A stretch of DNA of 64,000 nucleotides from Roseibacillus sp. GTDB taxonomy: Bacteria; Verrucomicrobiota; Verrucomicrobiia; Verrucomicrobiales; Akkermansiaceae. Every line of letters begins with the position of its first letter. Position 1 is the stretch's first letter. The translations under genes and the position numbers were made by a program. A model generated the notes under the pieces. It was given only the letters and a program-made list of their open reading frames with translations, was not told the DNA's origin and did no database searches. The stretch is from the NCBI GenBank assembly GCA_051251855.1, contig JBPOGI010000002.1, positions 256,001-320,000 on the forward strand, given 5' to 3'. Below are positions 1 through 9,630 of this stretch, one piece after another.

Positions 1-1330
1 CCCCAGAGACTGTAACGGGGGCTTGCAAGGCAGGTCCCTCACCAGTGGATTGCCCATCTAACATCATCGCTGGCTTGGCTTGAATCTGTAGCTCGGAGTC
101 GAGCTTGAAGGCTCCCCGGGTGGCCACCAGATCGCCTTCTTCCACCCCGCTCAAGACTACGTAAAAATCATTGGCGCGGGGACCGAGCACGATCTCGCGG
201 CCCTCGAAGCGAACTCCCTCATCGGAAGGGATGCGCCGGTAGACGACCGCTCTTTTGCCAGTGCGGAGGACAGCAGAAGCGGGGATTTGCAGGGGAGGAT
301 CGGCGGCCATTTCGGCACCCTGCGCTTCGACACTAGCAGTGATAAACATTCCGGGTTTGAGTTCGCGGAGCGGGTTGGGCACGGCCACTCGGACGCGCAC
401 CACTCGCCGGGTCATATCGAGGGTGGGATCAATGAAGGAGATTTCGCCCTCGAAGGTCTGGCCCGGTAGCGACGCGCTCTGGAGCTGCACGCGTTGCTTA
501 TCTTTCAGCCAGACAAGGTCGTCCTCATAGGCTTCCAGCTGAACCCACACTACTGAGAGATCGGCCAAGGTGTAGAGGGCATCTCCGGTTTTGAGGTAAT
601 CGCCTTCGCGCTTGCCAAGGTGCATCACCACCCCATCGAAGGGAGCGGTCATTACGATGCGATCGCGGGGTCCAGACTGTTGTTCGATAGCATCGATTTG
701 TTCGGGGGAGAGTTCGAGGAGACGAAGCTTCTCACGGGCTCCACGATAGAGTGCTTCGCTGGTGCGACCGGGGGTGCTCGTTAAGCGCCGCTTTGCGGAG
801 ATGAGTTCCTGTTGCGCGACGAGAAGATCGGGAGAATAGACTTCGGCAATGGACTGTCCTTTCAAGACCGTGGCTCCAGTGTAATCGATATAGAGCTTGT
901 CCAGTCGCCCTCCAAAGCGGGCTGTTGTGGTAGTCAGTGAGCTTTCGTCGGCCATCACTTTGCCAAGAAGAGAGAGCGACTTCTCAAGCGGCTGGCGAAC
1001 TACTGGCGCAACCCTGAGCCCCATGTTGGCGACTGCACTATTGCTAAGACTCAGCTCCCGTAAGCCACCCGCTCCCGAGGCCGAAACCGGAATGAGGTCC
1101 ATTTGGCAGATGGGGCAGGGCCCTGGATTGGGCTGACGAATGGTGGGGTGCATGGAGCAGGTCCAGATGGTATCGGGGTCTCCACTAGCCATCGTTGATG
1201 AGGACATGTCTGTGGAAGACGGCCGTCCGATCCACCAGCCGGCCAGAAAAACGGCTAGGATGATAAGGGGAAAGAGCAGGCTCCCGGTCTTTCGAAGAAG
1301 CTGCAAACTGCGCTTGAGGATTGGTTTCAT
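1..1330 (-). CDS. cusB: CusB-like efflux RND periplasmic adaptor (3' end truncated by window edge)
   Basis: Manual translation from ATG at 1330 gives MKPILKRSLQ..., a TM segment, the heavy-metal-binding motif WTCSMHP..PGPCPICQMDL, and YSPDLLVAQQEL typical of CusB-type MFPs. Not in the ORF track because the stop lies outside the window. Confidence 0.88.
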   Translation of the reverse strand, partial: MKPILKRSLQLLRKTGSLLFPLIILAVFLAGWWIGRPSSTDMSSSTMASGDPDTIWTCSMHPTIRQPNPGPCPICQMDLIPVSASGAGGLRELSLSNSAVANMGLRVAPVVRQPLEKSLSLLGKVMADESSLTTTTARFGGRLDKLYIDYTGATVLKGQSIAEVYSPDLLVAQQELISAKRRLTSTPGRTSEALYRGAREKLRLLELSPEQIDAIEQQSGPRDRIVMTAPFDGVVMHLGKREGDYLKTGDALYTLADLSVVWVQLEAYEDDLVWLKDKQRVQLQSASLPGQTFEGEISFIDPTLDMTRRVVRVRVAVPNPLRELKPGMFITASVEAQGAEMAADPPLQIPASAVLRTGKRAVVYRRIPSDEGVRFEGREIVLGPRANDFYVVLSGVEEGDLVATRGAFKLDSELQIQAKPAMMLDGQSTGEGPALQAPVTVSG

Positions 1331-1350
1331 TTCTAAGGTAGATAAGGTTG

Positions 1351-2685
1351 TCAGTTGCGACCGGCGGCCTTGAGTAAGCTGGCCTCTGCTTGTCCCAAGC
1401 GGGCTTGGCTTTCGACGACTTGGAGGCGATCCATGAGAAGCTGACGCCAAGCGTCGATGACCGCGAGGAAGCTGTCCTTTCCGCTCTGATAGGAATTCAG
1501 AGTGAGTTCAAAGACGCTTTCAGCATCGGGAATGAGGTTGGAGGAAAAGAGAGAAAGTGCCTTTCGCTCGGAAGTAAAGAGGGCGTGAGCGCTTCCGATC
1601 TCCCGTTGCAGTTGAGTGCGCGTGGAAGCGAGTGCTTCTTGTTCTGCGGTCAGGTTGGCAGCGGCTTCCTCGCGATTGGCTTTGGTCTTTCCGCCCCAAA
1701 GCGGGAGGGTCACTCCCAAGGTGGCCATCACTTGATCTCTGCCGTTGGCGGAAGGCGCCAAGGCATCTTCGGTGACTGGAGAGTAGGATGCCCCGGCGGT
1801 GAAGTCAGGTTTACTACTGAGCCTAGCCAGTTCGACCCGGCTGTCCGCAGCCGCAATGCGGGCTCGCGCAGCCTTGACCTCGGGATGGTTGTTAGAGGCC
1901 TGTGCAATCAGAACAGAGGGCGGGCCAAAGCTTCTGAAATTGGAAAAAGAAGAATTCGGGAGTGAGGAATCGTTGGGGCGATAGAGAAGGGCGTTCAGTG
2001 AGCTTTGCGCAGCAATAGCCTGGCCCCGCGCGGTGGCGAGTCTCTGGTCGATCCGAGTGATCTCGTTTTCGAGTTTTAGAAAATCCTGTTGGCTTGCTTG
2101 ATTGACCGCAATGCGCGTCTGCACGGACTCCTGCAACGTTTCTAACAGGCCGCGATTCTCGACTAGAATGACGGTCGTTTGTTGCGATTGATAATATTGC
2201 CACCAAGCCTTGCGGACAAGTTCCGCAATGGCGATCTCTTTCGATTCTGCCTCCGCGCGGACTGCTTCGGCTTGCGCAAGGAAGACTTTTGCCTGCGCGT
2301 TCCGTTTACCTGGATAGGGGATCTTTTGCTGAACCCCAAACACGGCTTGAACCTGCCCGGCAGCAGTCTCGGCGAGTTCGCCGACCCCCACCGATGCGGA
2401 AGGATCGGGTAAGAATCGAGCTTGCCGGGCCGCCTGGTCGAGAGCATTCGCTTTCGCTCGCAGAGCTTTGATGGCGGGATGGTTCGCCTTGGCCTGAGCT
2501 ACCAATTCTTCCACGCCATCGGACGCGGCGAGGCGGTAAGCAACCGGCGCGGGGGCGTCAGGGAGTCGATTCGTGGCGAACTCGTTAGAAGGAGATTTGG
2601 TGGAGTTTCCAAACTCCTCGGTGAGATTGGAACACGAAGATACCACGAGCCCAAGGGCCAGTCCGCCGATACAAAGACGATTCAT
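1351..2685 (-). CDS. TolC/CusC-family outer membrane efflux lipoprotein
   Basis: 444 aa with a lipoprotein-like signal (VVSSC), two OEP-type repeats (NHPAIKA, NHPEVKA..LPLW), directly upstream of the MFP gene. Confidence 0.9.
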   Translation of the reverse strand: MNRLCIGGLALGLVVSSCSNLTEEFGNSTKSPSNEFATNRLPDAPAPVAYRLAASDGVEELVAQAKANHPAIKALRAKANALDQAARQARFLPDPSASVGVGELAETAAGQVQAVFGVQQKIPYPGKRNAQAKVFLAQAEAVRAEAESKEIAIAELVRKAWWQYYQSQQTTVILVENRGLLETLQESVQTRIAVNQASQQDFLKLENEITRIDQRLATARGQAIAAQSSLNALLYRPNDSSLPNSSFSNFRSFGPPSVLIAQASNNHPEVKAARARIAAADSRVELARLSSKPDFTAGASYSPVTEDALAPSANGRDQVMATLGVTLPLWGGKTKANREEAAANLTAEQEALASTRTQLQREIGSAHALFTSERKALSLFSSNLIPDAESVFELTLNSYQSGKDSFLAVIDAWRQLLMDRLQVVESQARLGQAEASLLKAAGRN

Positions 2686-2749
2686 CGTAATAAAAGATGG
2701 GCACGAGCGGCTCCAAAAGCCGCTCGTGCAAGGACTACAAAAGGCCAGA

Positions 2750-3070
2750 CTACTGTCCGGACGGACTGCCCTCAGCTTCCTCAGCAGCCGTCAATTTGGC
2801 GGTATACTTGGAAGGGTCTTTTTTGAAGGCAGGAAGACAACCGTCGCAGCAAAACTGGACTTCAGTGCCTTCGTGATTGTAGACAAAAGGCTCACCCATC
2901 GAGCCCAGCTTTTTGCCTGAAACAACACAGACATCGAGTGGATAGTCGTCCGCGTAGGTGGTTCCAGTTGTTTCCGGCGAGGTGTTGGCCTGTTCGGCTT
3001 TGTCGCAAGAGCTGAGGACGACGAATGAGAGCGCGGTTAAGCTGCTCATGATGAGAGTAGGAAATTTCAT
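2750..3070 (-). CDS. Small lipoprotein with YHS/TRASH-like metal-binding domain
   Basis: Lipobox LSSC; CVVSG...FCCDGC..FKKDPSKY pattern; located in the copper-type efflux operon. Confidence 0.75.
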   Translation of the reverse strand: MKFPTLIMSSLTALSFVVLSSCDKAEQANTSPETTGTTYADDYPLDVCVVSGKKLGSMGEPFVYNHEGTEVQFCCDGCLPAFKKDPSKYTAKLTAAEEAEGSPSGQ

Positions 3071-3279
3071 AATTATATTTTTGATCGTAGGGATGTTCTA
3101 AAAGGAAAACTGGCACACGCAGAACATCGAAGAAGCGCGTATGGGTCGGGCTGCCAAAAAGGGGCAGCGAGGTTTCAAGCCTGAGAAATTGGGCTTGGAA
3201 AAAGGGTCAAAGAGATGAGCACGAACTTGGCTTGGGAAAACTATCCAAGCGTTCGGCGATCAGACCCGAAGCGAAACGA

Positions 3280-3654
3280 TCAAATGAGGAACCGGCTCAA
3301 GAGAGCACAACGGTCCAGCGGAGGCGGAAAAAAATGGGGGGGAGAATTCTGACGGGGAAGCTCTTTGGGGAAGTGGACAACGAGATGCTCAGGGTCTGGA
3401 GCCTCTAGATTGAGCTCAATCGTGTGGTGGAATGAAAAAGGAGCCTCAACCTCGTGGCTGGCAACCATTTTCTCACAGGGGCAGTTCGGGCAGTCGGATG
3501 GTTCCGAATCATCGGAAGGAGTCGGGGTCGAACAGCAAGAGTGAATTGGCTGTGATTCAGAAGAACTGAAGATCTTCTTAAGAGTGCAGCAACATCCCGG
3601 ATTAGCCATCAGGATGGCCAAAAGGATTGAGGTGAATTGCTGAATGAGACTCAT
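3280..3654 (-). CDS. Small Cys-rich exported protein with Pro-rich C-terminus (DUF2946-like leader candidate)
   Basis: 124 aa: hydrophobic N-terminus, CCC, CC, CPNCPC, and tail NSPPHFFPPP..LLSRFLI. Confidence 0.6.
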   Translation of the reverse strand: MSLIQQFTSILLAILMANPGCCCTLKKIFSSSESQPIHSCCSTPTPSDDSEPSDCPNCPCEKMVASHEVEAPFSFHHTIELNLEAPDPEHLVVHFPKELPRQNSPPHFFPPPLDRCALLSRFLI

Positions 3655-3755
3655 TGAATGGGAGTAAGTTAGTTCAAAGCCGTTCTTTATACAAGACTAA
3701 ATGAGTTCCAACACAAGAGTGTGGTCCAAATCTGTCTGGCTGAGGGTGAATATTC

Positions 3756-4655
3756 TTAATTTGAAGAGGTGCCAAGGGGGCTGCAAATACTACAGGTTTC
3801 ATCTTCGCGTTCGACTTCGATCGTTATGTGCTTGAAAATGTGGGAATCGAGAAGAGCGCGAAGTTCTTCTTTGGCCCTAACGGCAGAATATTGGTCGCAT
3901 TCTTTTTCGAGAACAAGGTGAGTCGAGAATACGTGCTGTTCGCCGTCGAGGGACCAGACATGGGTATGATGTGTTGAGACCACGTGCGGGATTGTTGAGA
4001 CCTTTTTTTCGAATTCGTCGAGGTCGAAAGTTTCGGGGACGGTTTGGAGGAAGACCCGAGCCACTTGTTTGAGGTTGCGGAAGACGTTCCAAATGATGAA
4101 TGAGGAGATGCCAATGGAAAGAAGAGGGTCAATGATGGGGAGGTCCCAAATTGACATTACGAAGGCTCCCATGAGAACCGCAACCCAACCGAGCACATCT
4201 TCCAGAAGGTGCCAGCTGACGATTCTTTCGGTGATGGAGCTACCTTTCTTAACGCGTAAGACAGCCGCTCCATTGACGAGAATTCCAAGGACGGCCAGCG
4301 CCATCATCCCGGTGGCATTGACTGGTTCGGGATCAGCAAGGCGTTTGAAAGAGTTAAAGAGGATGAAGCAAAGACCGACTGTGAGAACGAAGCCAGTGAT
4401 CAGGCCTCCCAAGAGTCGAAAGCGGCGGTAGCCATAGGTGTGCTGGGAGGATGGCTTTTTGTGTGAGAGCCTTTCAAAATACCAAGCGAGTCCGAGTGAA
4501 CCGGTATCGCCCAAGTCGTGCACAGCATCGGACAGGATAGCTATGCTGTTGGTGAGAATGCCTCCAACGAACTCAATGATAGTGAATGACAGGTTCAGAA
4601 AAAAGGCGACCTTGAGGTTGCCTTCGGCGTGACTGTGATCGTGAGAATGAGACAT
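3756..4655 (-). CDS. czcD: Cation diffusion facilitator (CzcD/ZitB-type Zn/Co/Cd exporter)
   Basis: His-rich N-terminus, SDAVHDLGD and HLLEDVLG transport-site motifs, TYGYRR, C-terminal HVWSL..HITIE domain. Confidence 0.93.
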   Translation of the reverse strand: MSHSHDHSHAEGNLKVAFFLNLSFTIIEFVGGILTNSIAILSDAVHDLGDTGSLGLAWYFERLSHKKPSSQHTYGYRRFRLLGGLITGFVLTVGLCFILFNSFKRLADPEPVNATGMMALAVLGILVNGAAVLRVKKGSSITERIVSWHLLEDVLGWVAVLMGAFVMSIWDLPIIDPLLSIGISSFIIWNVFRNLKQVARVFLQTVPETFDLDEFEKKVSTIPHVVSTHHTHVWSLDGEQHVFSTHLVLEKECDQYSAVRAKEELRALLDSHIFKHITIEVEREDETCSICSPLGTSSN

Positions 4656-4676
4656 GGAGGGGGAGGGGAGGAGGAG

Positions 4677-4711
4677 AGCCAGCTCAGTATTTTTTCGATG
4701 CTAAGCTGGCT
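4677..4711. terminator. Intergenic hairpin (terminator or mRNA-stabilising stem)
   Basis: AGCCAGCTCAGTAT / ATGCTAAGCTGGCT 14-bp inverted repeat with 2 mismatches between the His-rich gene and czcD. Confidence 0.45.
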
Positions 4712-4731
4712 GCTCTGGTTACAGGATTGAT

Positions 4732-5304
4732 TTAGTGATCGTGACCTTCGTGATCGTCGCCCTCTTCGGCACCGTGGTCGCAGATGCAGGCGTATTCGAG
4801 GTAGTCACAGGTGGGACATTCCTCGAGGTTGAGGTTGAAGCGGATGGTCTCCGTTTTGGCATCCGGGGTGACCTTCACTTGTATGATGACGGGGATGTTG
4901 TCTCCGGCGGGGAGGGCTTTGTCGGAAATGAGGACGCCATCTTTTAGCTCGAATTTCATCCGGGTTGGCGCGCTTCGCTCGCCACCGATGAGAGTCACCT
5001 TTTGTTCGGCAGGTTCGCTTTTCTTTCCTTCTTTATCGAGGAAGGTGATTTGGATTTTTCGATCTTCGGTGACGAAGAGCTCGGCGTGCGGTTCGACTTC
5101 GGTGAGGATGCGTCCTCCGTTCGGACCTGCTTTCTTAGCATCACCGTGGTCGTGTCCTTCGTGGTCATCACCAGCGTGTTCTTCGGCGTGGTCATGTCCT
5201 TTGTGGTCGTCTTCTTCTGCCCCGAGGAAGGGAGCTGAGAATGCAAGCGCTACTCCGAGCCCGAGGGTGAGGAGTCCTTTATTTTGTTTTACTGTTGGTT
5301 TCAT
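4732..5304 (-). CDS. Periplasmic His-rich putative metal-binding protein
   Basis: Signal peptide, repeated DDHxGHDH motifs at both ends, GPNGGR motif and C-terminal CPTCDYLEYACICDH. Confidence 0.75.
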   Translation of the reverse strand: MKPTVKQNKGLLTLGLGVALAFSAPFLGAEEDDHKGHDHAEEHAGDDHEGHDHGDAKKAGPNGGRILTEVEPHAELFVTEDRKIQITFLDKEGKKSEPAEQKVTLIGGERSAPTRMKFELKDGVLISDKALPAGDNIPVIIQVKVTPDAKTETIRFNLNLEECPTCDYLEYACICDHGAEEGDDHEGHDH

Positions 5305-5316
5305 TAGTTTGTTTTT

Positions 5317-8300
5317 TTAATGGGATGCTGGTGAGTTGTTGCTCACCGAGCGAAGTGCCGATTTGCGGCAAAAAGCGTAGAAAAATGAGGGAGTGATCGC
5401 GAGGCCCAGGATGGTTGAGCTGATCAACCCTCCGACGATGACAATCGCGACCGGATTCAAAATTTCCTTCCCGGGTTCGTCGGCTGCGATGACGAGGGGA
5501 ATGAGGGCGATGCCAGCGGAAAGGGCGGTCATTAGGACGGGAACCAGTCGCTCTTCAGCTCCTTTTACTATCATGGCTCGATTGAATTCGTGCCCCTCGT
5601 GGCGCATCAGGTGAAGGTAGTGGGAGATCATCATGATGGAGTTGCGAGCGGCGATTCCGGAAATGGCGATGAAGCCCACCAACGTCGCGATGCTGACGTT
5701 GTCCAAGGTCACCCTAGTCAGGAAGACTCCTCCAATCACCGAAATGGGGATGTTGGCGAGAACGAGGAGAACCAGATTGACGCTCTTGAAGTAGCTGAAG
5801 AGTAGAAAGACAATGATTACTAGAACTACGCCGGACATGATGACGATTCGTCGAGTGGCATCCTGTTGGGCCTGATACTCACCTTCAAACGAGATGCTGT
5901 AACCCGGTGGCAGAGTCACTTCCGCGTCCACTTTTTCTTTGAGCTGCTCGACAACTCCTCCCAAGTCGTCAGTGGTGGGGTTGATAGAGACGACGTAGCG
6001 TCTTTGGGTGTTTTCTCGGAGGATATTGTTGGGTCCTTTGGCTTGTCGAATGTCGGCTACGTAGGAGAGTGGAATCCGGTCGCCATGAAGGGTGTCGATA
6101 TAGAGTGATTGCAGTCGCTCCGGTGATTCACGCCATTCAAGTGGAAGTCGGATAACCAAATCATAAGCCCTCTCTCCCTCATAGACCTCAGTCAGCTCTT
6201 TGCCCCCCAAGAGGGCGGCAAGTTGTTCATTGAGGATTCCGGGCGAGACCCCGTAGGCGGCCGCTCGCTTTCGGTCGATCTCGATACGCAGCTGAGGAAC
6301 GGGAGCTTGCTGTTCTGCGCGTGCTTCTTCGAGTCCTGGGATACTACGGGCAACAGAGACGACTTGAGCTCCGATTTTTCCGATCTCATCGAGGTCGGGA
6401 CCGAATATTTTTACTGCCACCTGGGCCGAGACGCCGCTCAACATGTGACCAATGCGGTCTGCCAGTGGCCCACTCACCACACTGAAGCTGCCGGGAATAC
6501 TGGCCATCGTTTGGCTGATGTCTGCTGAGATTTCATCACGTTCGCGAGTTGTTTCGGGATCGAACTCGATATCGAACTCGACCGTTGAAACGGGGACCAC
6601 ATGATCACCTCTCTCGGCTCGGCCCACTCGGAAGCCAACCGTTTCTACTCCGGGAATTTTTAAGAGAAGATCCTCGGCTGTATGGGCTAAATTCGTGGTT
6701 GTCGCGAGGGAGGTTCCCGGCGACATGGTGGTTGCAACAATCGCAGTGGGTTCGCGAAATCCGGGCAGGAAGTTCGACCCCATTTTATTGTAGGTGATTC
6801 CAGTGAAGGCGAGCAGAACCAGAGTGAGAAGAAGGAGAAGCGCGGGTTGGGACACGGCTAGTTTGAGCCACGTATTGGTGAACAACCATTTCAAGCCTCT
6901 CACAAGCCAAGTGTCCTTATGGACTTTGCCTGGCTTGGGATTGAGGAGGAGGGAACTCAGGACCGGAATGACGGTCAGCGACACCACGAACGAGGCCGCC
7001 ATGCTGACGATGGTCGCGATAGCGATAGGGGCGAAGAGCTTTCCTTCCACTCCCGAAAGCCCCAGCAAGGGAACGAAAACGAGGATGATTAAGATGGTGG
7101 CGTAGAGAATCGAGGAACGCACTTCTGCTGATGCTGTGGCAATGACCTCCAGCCGGTTGCGGGGAGAACCGGCGGAGGCGTTTTCCCGCAGGCGTCGATA
7201 GACATTCTCCACATCGACGATGGCATCATCGACAACCATGCCGATGGCGACCGCGAGCCCACCTAAGGTCATGGAGTTGACGCCCAGATCAAAGAGGTCA
7301 AATACGAGGATCGCAATTCCGAGTGAAAGCGGGATCGCGGTCAACGTGATGAAGGTGATGCGAAAGTTGAGCAGGAAGAGAAAGAGAATCACGGAAACCA
7401 TAATGGCCCCGTCTCGCAGAGCTTCTTCCAAGTTGCCCACTGCGAGTTCGATAAAGTCTGACTGACGGTAGACGGGTAGTAACTCTACTCCTTCGGGGAG
7501 AGTTTTGCGCAGGTCTTCGAGAGCTTCCTCAACCTTTTCAGTCAAGGCCAAGGTGTCGAAGCCGGGTGATTTGGTGACGCTGAGAATGACTCCAGGGTAG
7601 CCTTTGGCTTGATCGCCTTCTTCGGTAAGAAGGTGACTTCCCAAGCCAGCGTCGCCTCGCATGGGTTCAATACCCCATTGAATATCTGCGACGTCATGAA
7701 GCTGAATGATGCGGTCGTCCTTATAACTGACCACGGTCTCACCAATCGCTTCCAGGTCCGAGGTCATGGCGAGGTTGCGTACCATGATCTCTTGGGAGGT
7801 TTCGGTGAGGAATCCGCCGGTGGTGTTCTTGACCGAATTGGCGGCAGCTTCACTGATTTCATCAAAGGTCACCCCAAGGGCTACCATTTGCTCGGGATCA
7901 GGCAGGATTTGCACCTGCTTGATTCCGCCTCCCATACCCAAGACCTCCGCAATTCCGGGGATGGATTGCAGACGACGGGCGATGGTCCAGTCACCAAGGG
8001 TGCGGAGTTCGCGGGGTTCGACTTCTCCGGACGGGTCGATGATGCCAACGAGCATGATTTCGCCCATCAGTGAGGAGACCGGGGTCATGTAGGGGGTGAC
8101 GCCTTCGGGTAAGTTTTCCGAGACTCCCGTCAGCCGTTCCTGAACGAACTGGCGGGCCTGATAGATGTCGGTGCCCCAATCGAATTCGACGAAGATGAGG
8201 GAGAGCGCGACGTCATTAACCGAGCGTAAGCGCGTGACCCCACTGACTCCCATCAAGGAATTCTCCAAGGGGAGGGTGACTAAAGTTTCAACCTCCTCAG

Positions 8301-8472
8301 GAGCCAAGCCCGGAGACTCGGTGAGAATGGTGACTGTGGGTTTGGTGAGGTCGGGTAAGACATCAACGGGGAGTTGGGTTGCCTTCCGAATGCCAAGGAA
8401 GAGGCAGAGCCCCGCCAAAATGAGAATGAGTCCCCGCTGTGCGAGCGAGAAGCGAATGAGGTGATTAAGCAT
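5317..8472 (-). CDS. czcA: CzcA/CusA-family heavy-metal RND permease
   Basis: Start reassigned to ATG 8472 (MLNHLIRFSL), overlapping the upstream stop. Has PVDVLPDL, APEEVE, MTLGGLAVAIGMVVDDAIVDVEN and RLVPVLMTA motifs. Confidence 0.95.
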   Translation of the reverse strand: MLNHLIRFSLAQRGLILILAGLCLFLGIRKATQLPVDVLPDLTKPTVTILTESPGLAPEEVETLVTLPLENSLMGVSGVTRLRSVNDVALSLIFVEFDWGTDIYQARQFVQERLTGVSENLPEGVTPYMTPVSSLMGEIMLVGIIDPSGEVEPRELRTLGDWTIARRLQSIPGIAEVLGMGGGIKQVQILPDPEQMVALGVTFDEISEAAANSVKNTTGGFLTETSQEIMVRNLAMTSDLEAIGETVVSYKDDRIIQLHDVADIQWGIEPMRGDAGLGSHLLTEEGDQAKGYPGVILSVTKSPGFDTLALTEKVEEALEDLRKTLPEGVELLPVYRQSDFIELAVGNLEEALRDGAIMVSVILFLFLLNFRITFITLTAIPLSLGIAILVFDLFDLGVNSMTLGGLAVAIGMVVDDAIVDVENVYRRLRENASAGSPRNRLEVIATASAEVRSSILYATILIILVFVPLLGLSGVEGKLFAPIAIATIVSMAASFVVSLTVIPVLSSLLLNPKPGKVHKDTWLVRGLKWLFTNTWLKLAVSQPALLLLLTLVLLAFTGITYNKMGSNFLPGFREPTAIVATTMSPGTSLATTTNLAHTAEDLLLKIPGVETVGFRVGRAERGDHVVPVSTVEFDIEFDPETTRERDEISADISQTMASIPGSFSVVSGPLADRIGHMLSGVSAQVAVKIFGPDLDEIGKIGAQVVSVARSIPGLEEARAEQQAPVPQLRIEIDRKRAAAYGVSPGILNEQLAALLGGKELTEVYEGERAYDLVIRLPLEWRESPERLQSLYIDTLHGDRIPLSYVADIRQAKGPNNILRENTQRRYVVSINPTTDDLGGVVEQLKEKVDAEVTLPPGYSISFEGEYQAQQDATRRIVIMSGVVLVIIVFLLFSYFKSVNLVLLVLANIPISVIGGVFLTRVTLDNVSIATLVGFIAISGIAARNSIMMISHYLHLMRHEGHEFNRAMIVKGAEERLVPVLMTALSAGIALIPLVIAADEPGKEILNPVAIVIVGGLISSTILGLAITPSFFYAFCRKSALRSVSNNSPASH

Positions 8473-9622
8473 CGTTCTTTTTCTCCTTTCGACGTTGGTT
8501 CCAGAGAAGTTGTGCAGTGATGACGAAGAGGACAGTCGCTGTGATAGCCCAAGCCAAAACGAGTGGGCTGGAGGAAGCGCCTCCGCCGAGACCTCCCTGT
8601 CCTTCGGGAGTGAGACCCTGTGCTTTCGCGCGAGCGGACTTCTGGTCATCGGTCATGATAGAGCCGTCTTCGTTGTGTTCGTGGCCATGAGCGGCATCGA
8701 GAGCTTCCTTGAGCGATATGCCACCACCTCCTCCCGCGAAGCTGAGCGGGTAGGAGCCTTTGGTGACCACTTCGTCTCCAGGGAAAACGCCACTGATGAC
8801 CTCAACCGAGTGCTGGTTCCATTCCCCAAGCACGACCGAGGATTTGATGAAGGCGTTTTCAAGCTCAAAGTCCTTTAGAAATACGACCCGGTCGGTGGGG
8901 CTTCCTTGAATAGCATCTCGCGGGATAGAAAGAACGTCTTCCCGTTGCTCGGTGATGAGGGAGAATTCGACGCGCATTCCAGGTTGCAGAAGCCCTTTGG
9001 GATTGGGAATCTCGAAGATGCCGGAAACGGTGCCGAGGTCGCGGTCGGCTTCCAGTCCGTAGCGGGTGAGAGTGGCTTTGACCTCGAAGTCGGGAACGGC
9101 CGGAATACGGAGTCTAGCAGCGCTTCCAATGCTGAGCTTGGCTGCTTCTTGCTCGGGGATACGAGCAACTGCCCACATCATACTTCGGTCGGTGATGTCG
9201 AGAAGCTCGCTGTCTGGCTCCACCGGTTGTCCTACCCGGGCATGGGAACTCACGACAAGGCCGGAGCGCGGTGCTACGAGTGAGATAGTAGGGGGCGGGT
9301 TGCCGGGTTGGCGGCTTTCAATCTGGGCCAAAGCCTGTCCTTCTTGGACTTGGTCCCCTTCATAGACATCAATGGAAACGACTCGACCGGGAATGCGAGA
9401 AGAGAGAACCGATCGCCGAGACGGGATTTCTTCCAAGCGGCCAATAGCAAACACAGTAGTCTCGAAGTTTTCTTCTTCGACTATGACTGTTTCGATACCG
9501 AGGTTTTGAACGGCCTGTTCGGTGAGGATGATGGTGTTGGTGACCCGACTGCTATCGGGTGCCTCCTCAGCTTGGAGGAGAAAGAGGCTGAAAAAAGAGG
9601 AGAGAGGTAAAAATGGTTTCAT
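8465..9622 (-). CDS. czcB: CzcB-like RND periplasmic adaptor
   Basis: Biotinyl-lipoyl-like segment (SRIPGRVV..EGDQVQEGQ), LQPGM motif, C-terminal AHGHEH and a hydrophobic tail; lies between the OMF and RND genes. Confidence 0.88.
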   Translation of the reverse strand: MKPFLPLSSFFSLFLLQAEEAPDSSRVTNTIILTEQAVQNLGIETVIVEEENFETTVFAIGRLEEIPSRRSVLSSRIPGRVVSIDVYEGDQVQEGQALAQIESRQPGNPPPTISLVAPRSGLVVSSHARVGQPVEPDSELLDITDRSMMWAVARIPEQEAAKLSIGSAARLRIPAVPDFEVKATLTRYGLEADRDLGTVSGIFEIPNPKGLLQPGMRVEFSLITEQREDVLSIPRDAIQGSPTDRVVFLKDFELENAFIKSSVVLGEWNQHSVEVISGVFPGDEVVTKGSYPLSFAGGGGGISLKEALDAAHGHEHNEDGSIMTDDQKSARAKAQGLTPEGQGGLGGGASSSPLVLAWAITATVLFVITAQLLWNQRRKEKKNDA

Positions 9623-9630
9623 GATTTTGA

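Noticed and set aside
8473..8649. 59-aa N-terminal extension of the RND permease in the ORF track
   Set aside because: Overlaps the czcB-like gene; the family-typical start MLNHLIRFSL is at 8472.
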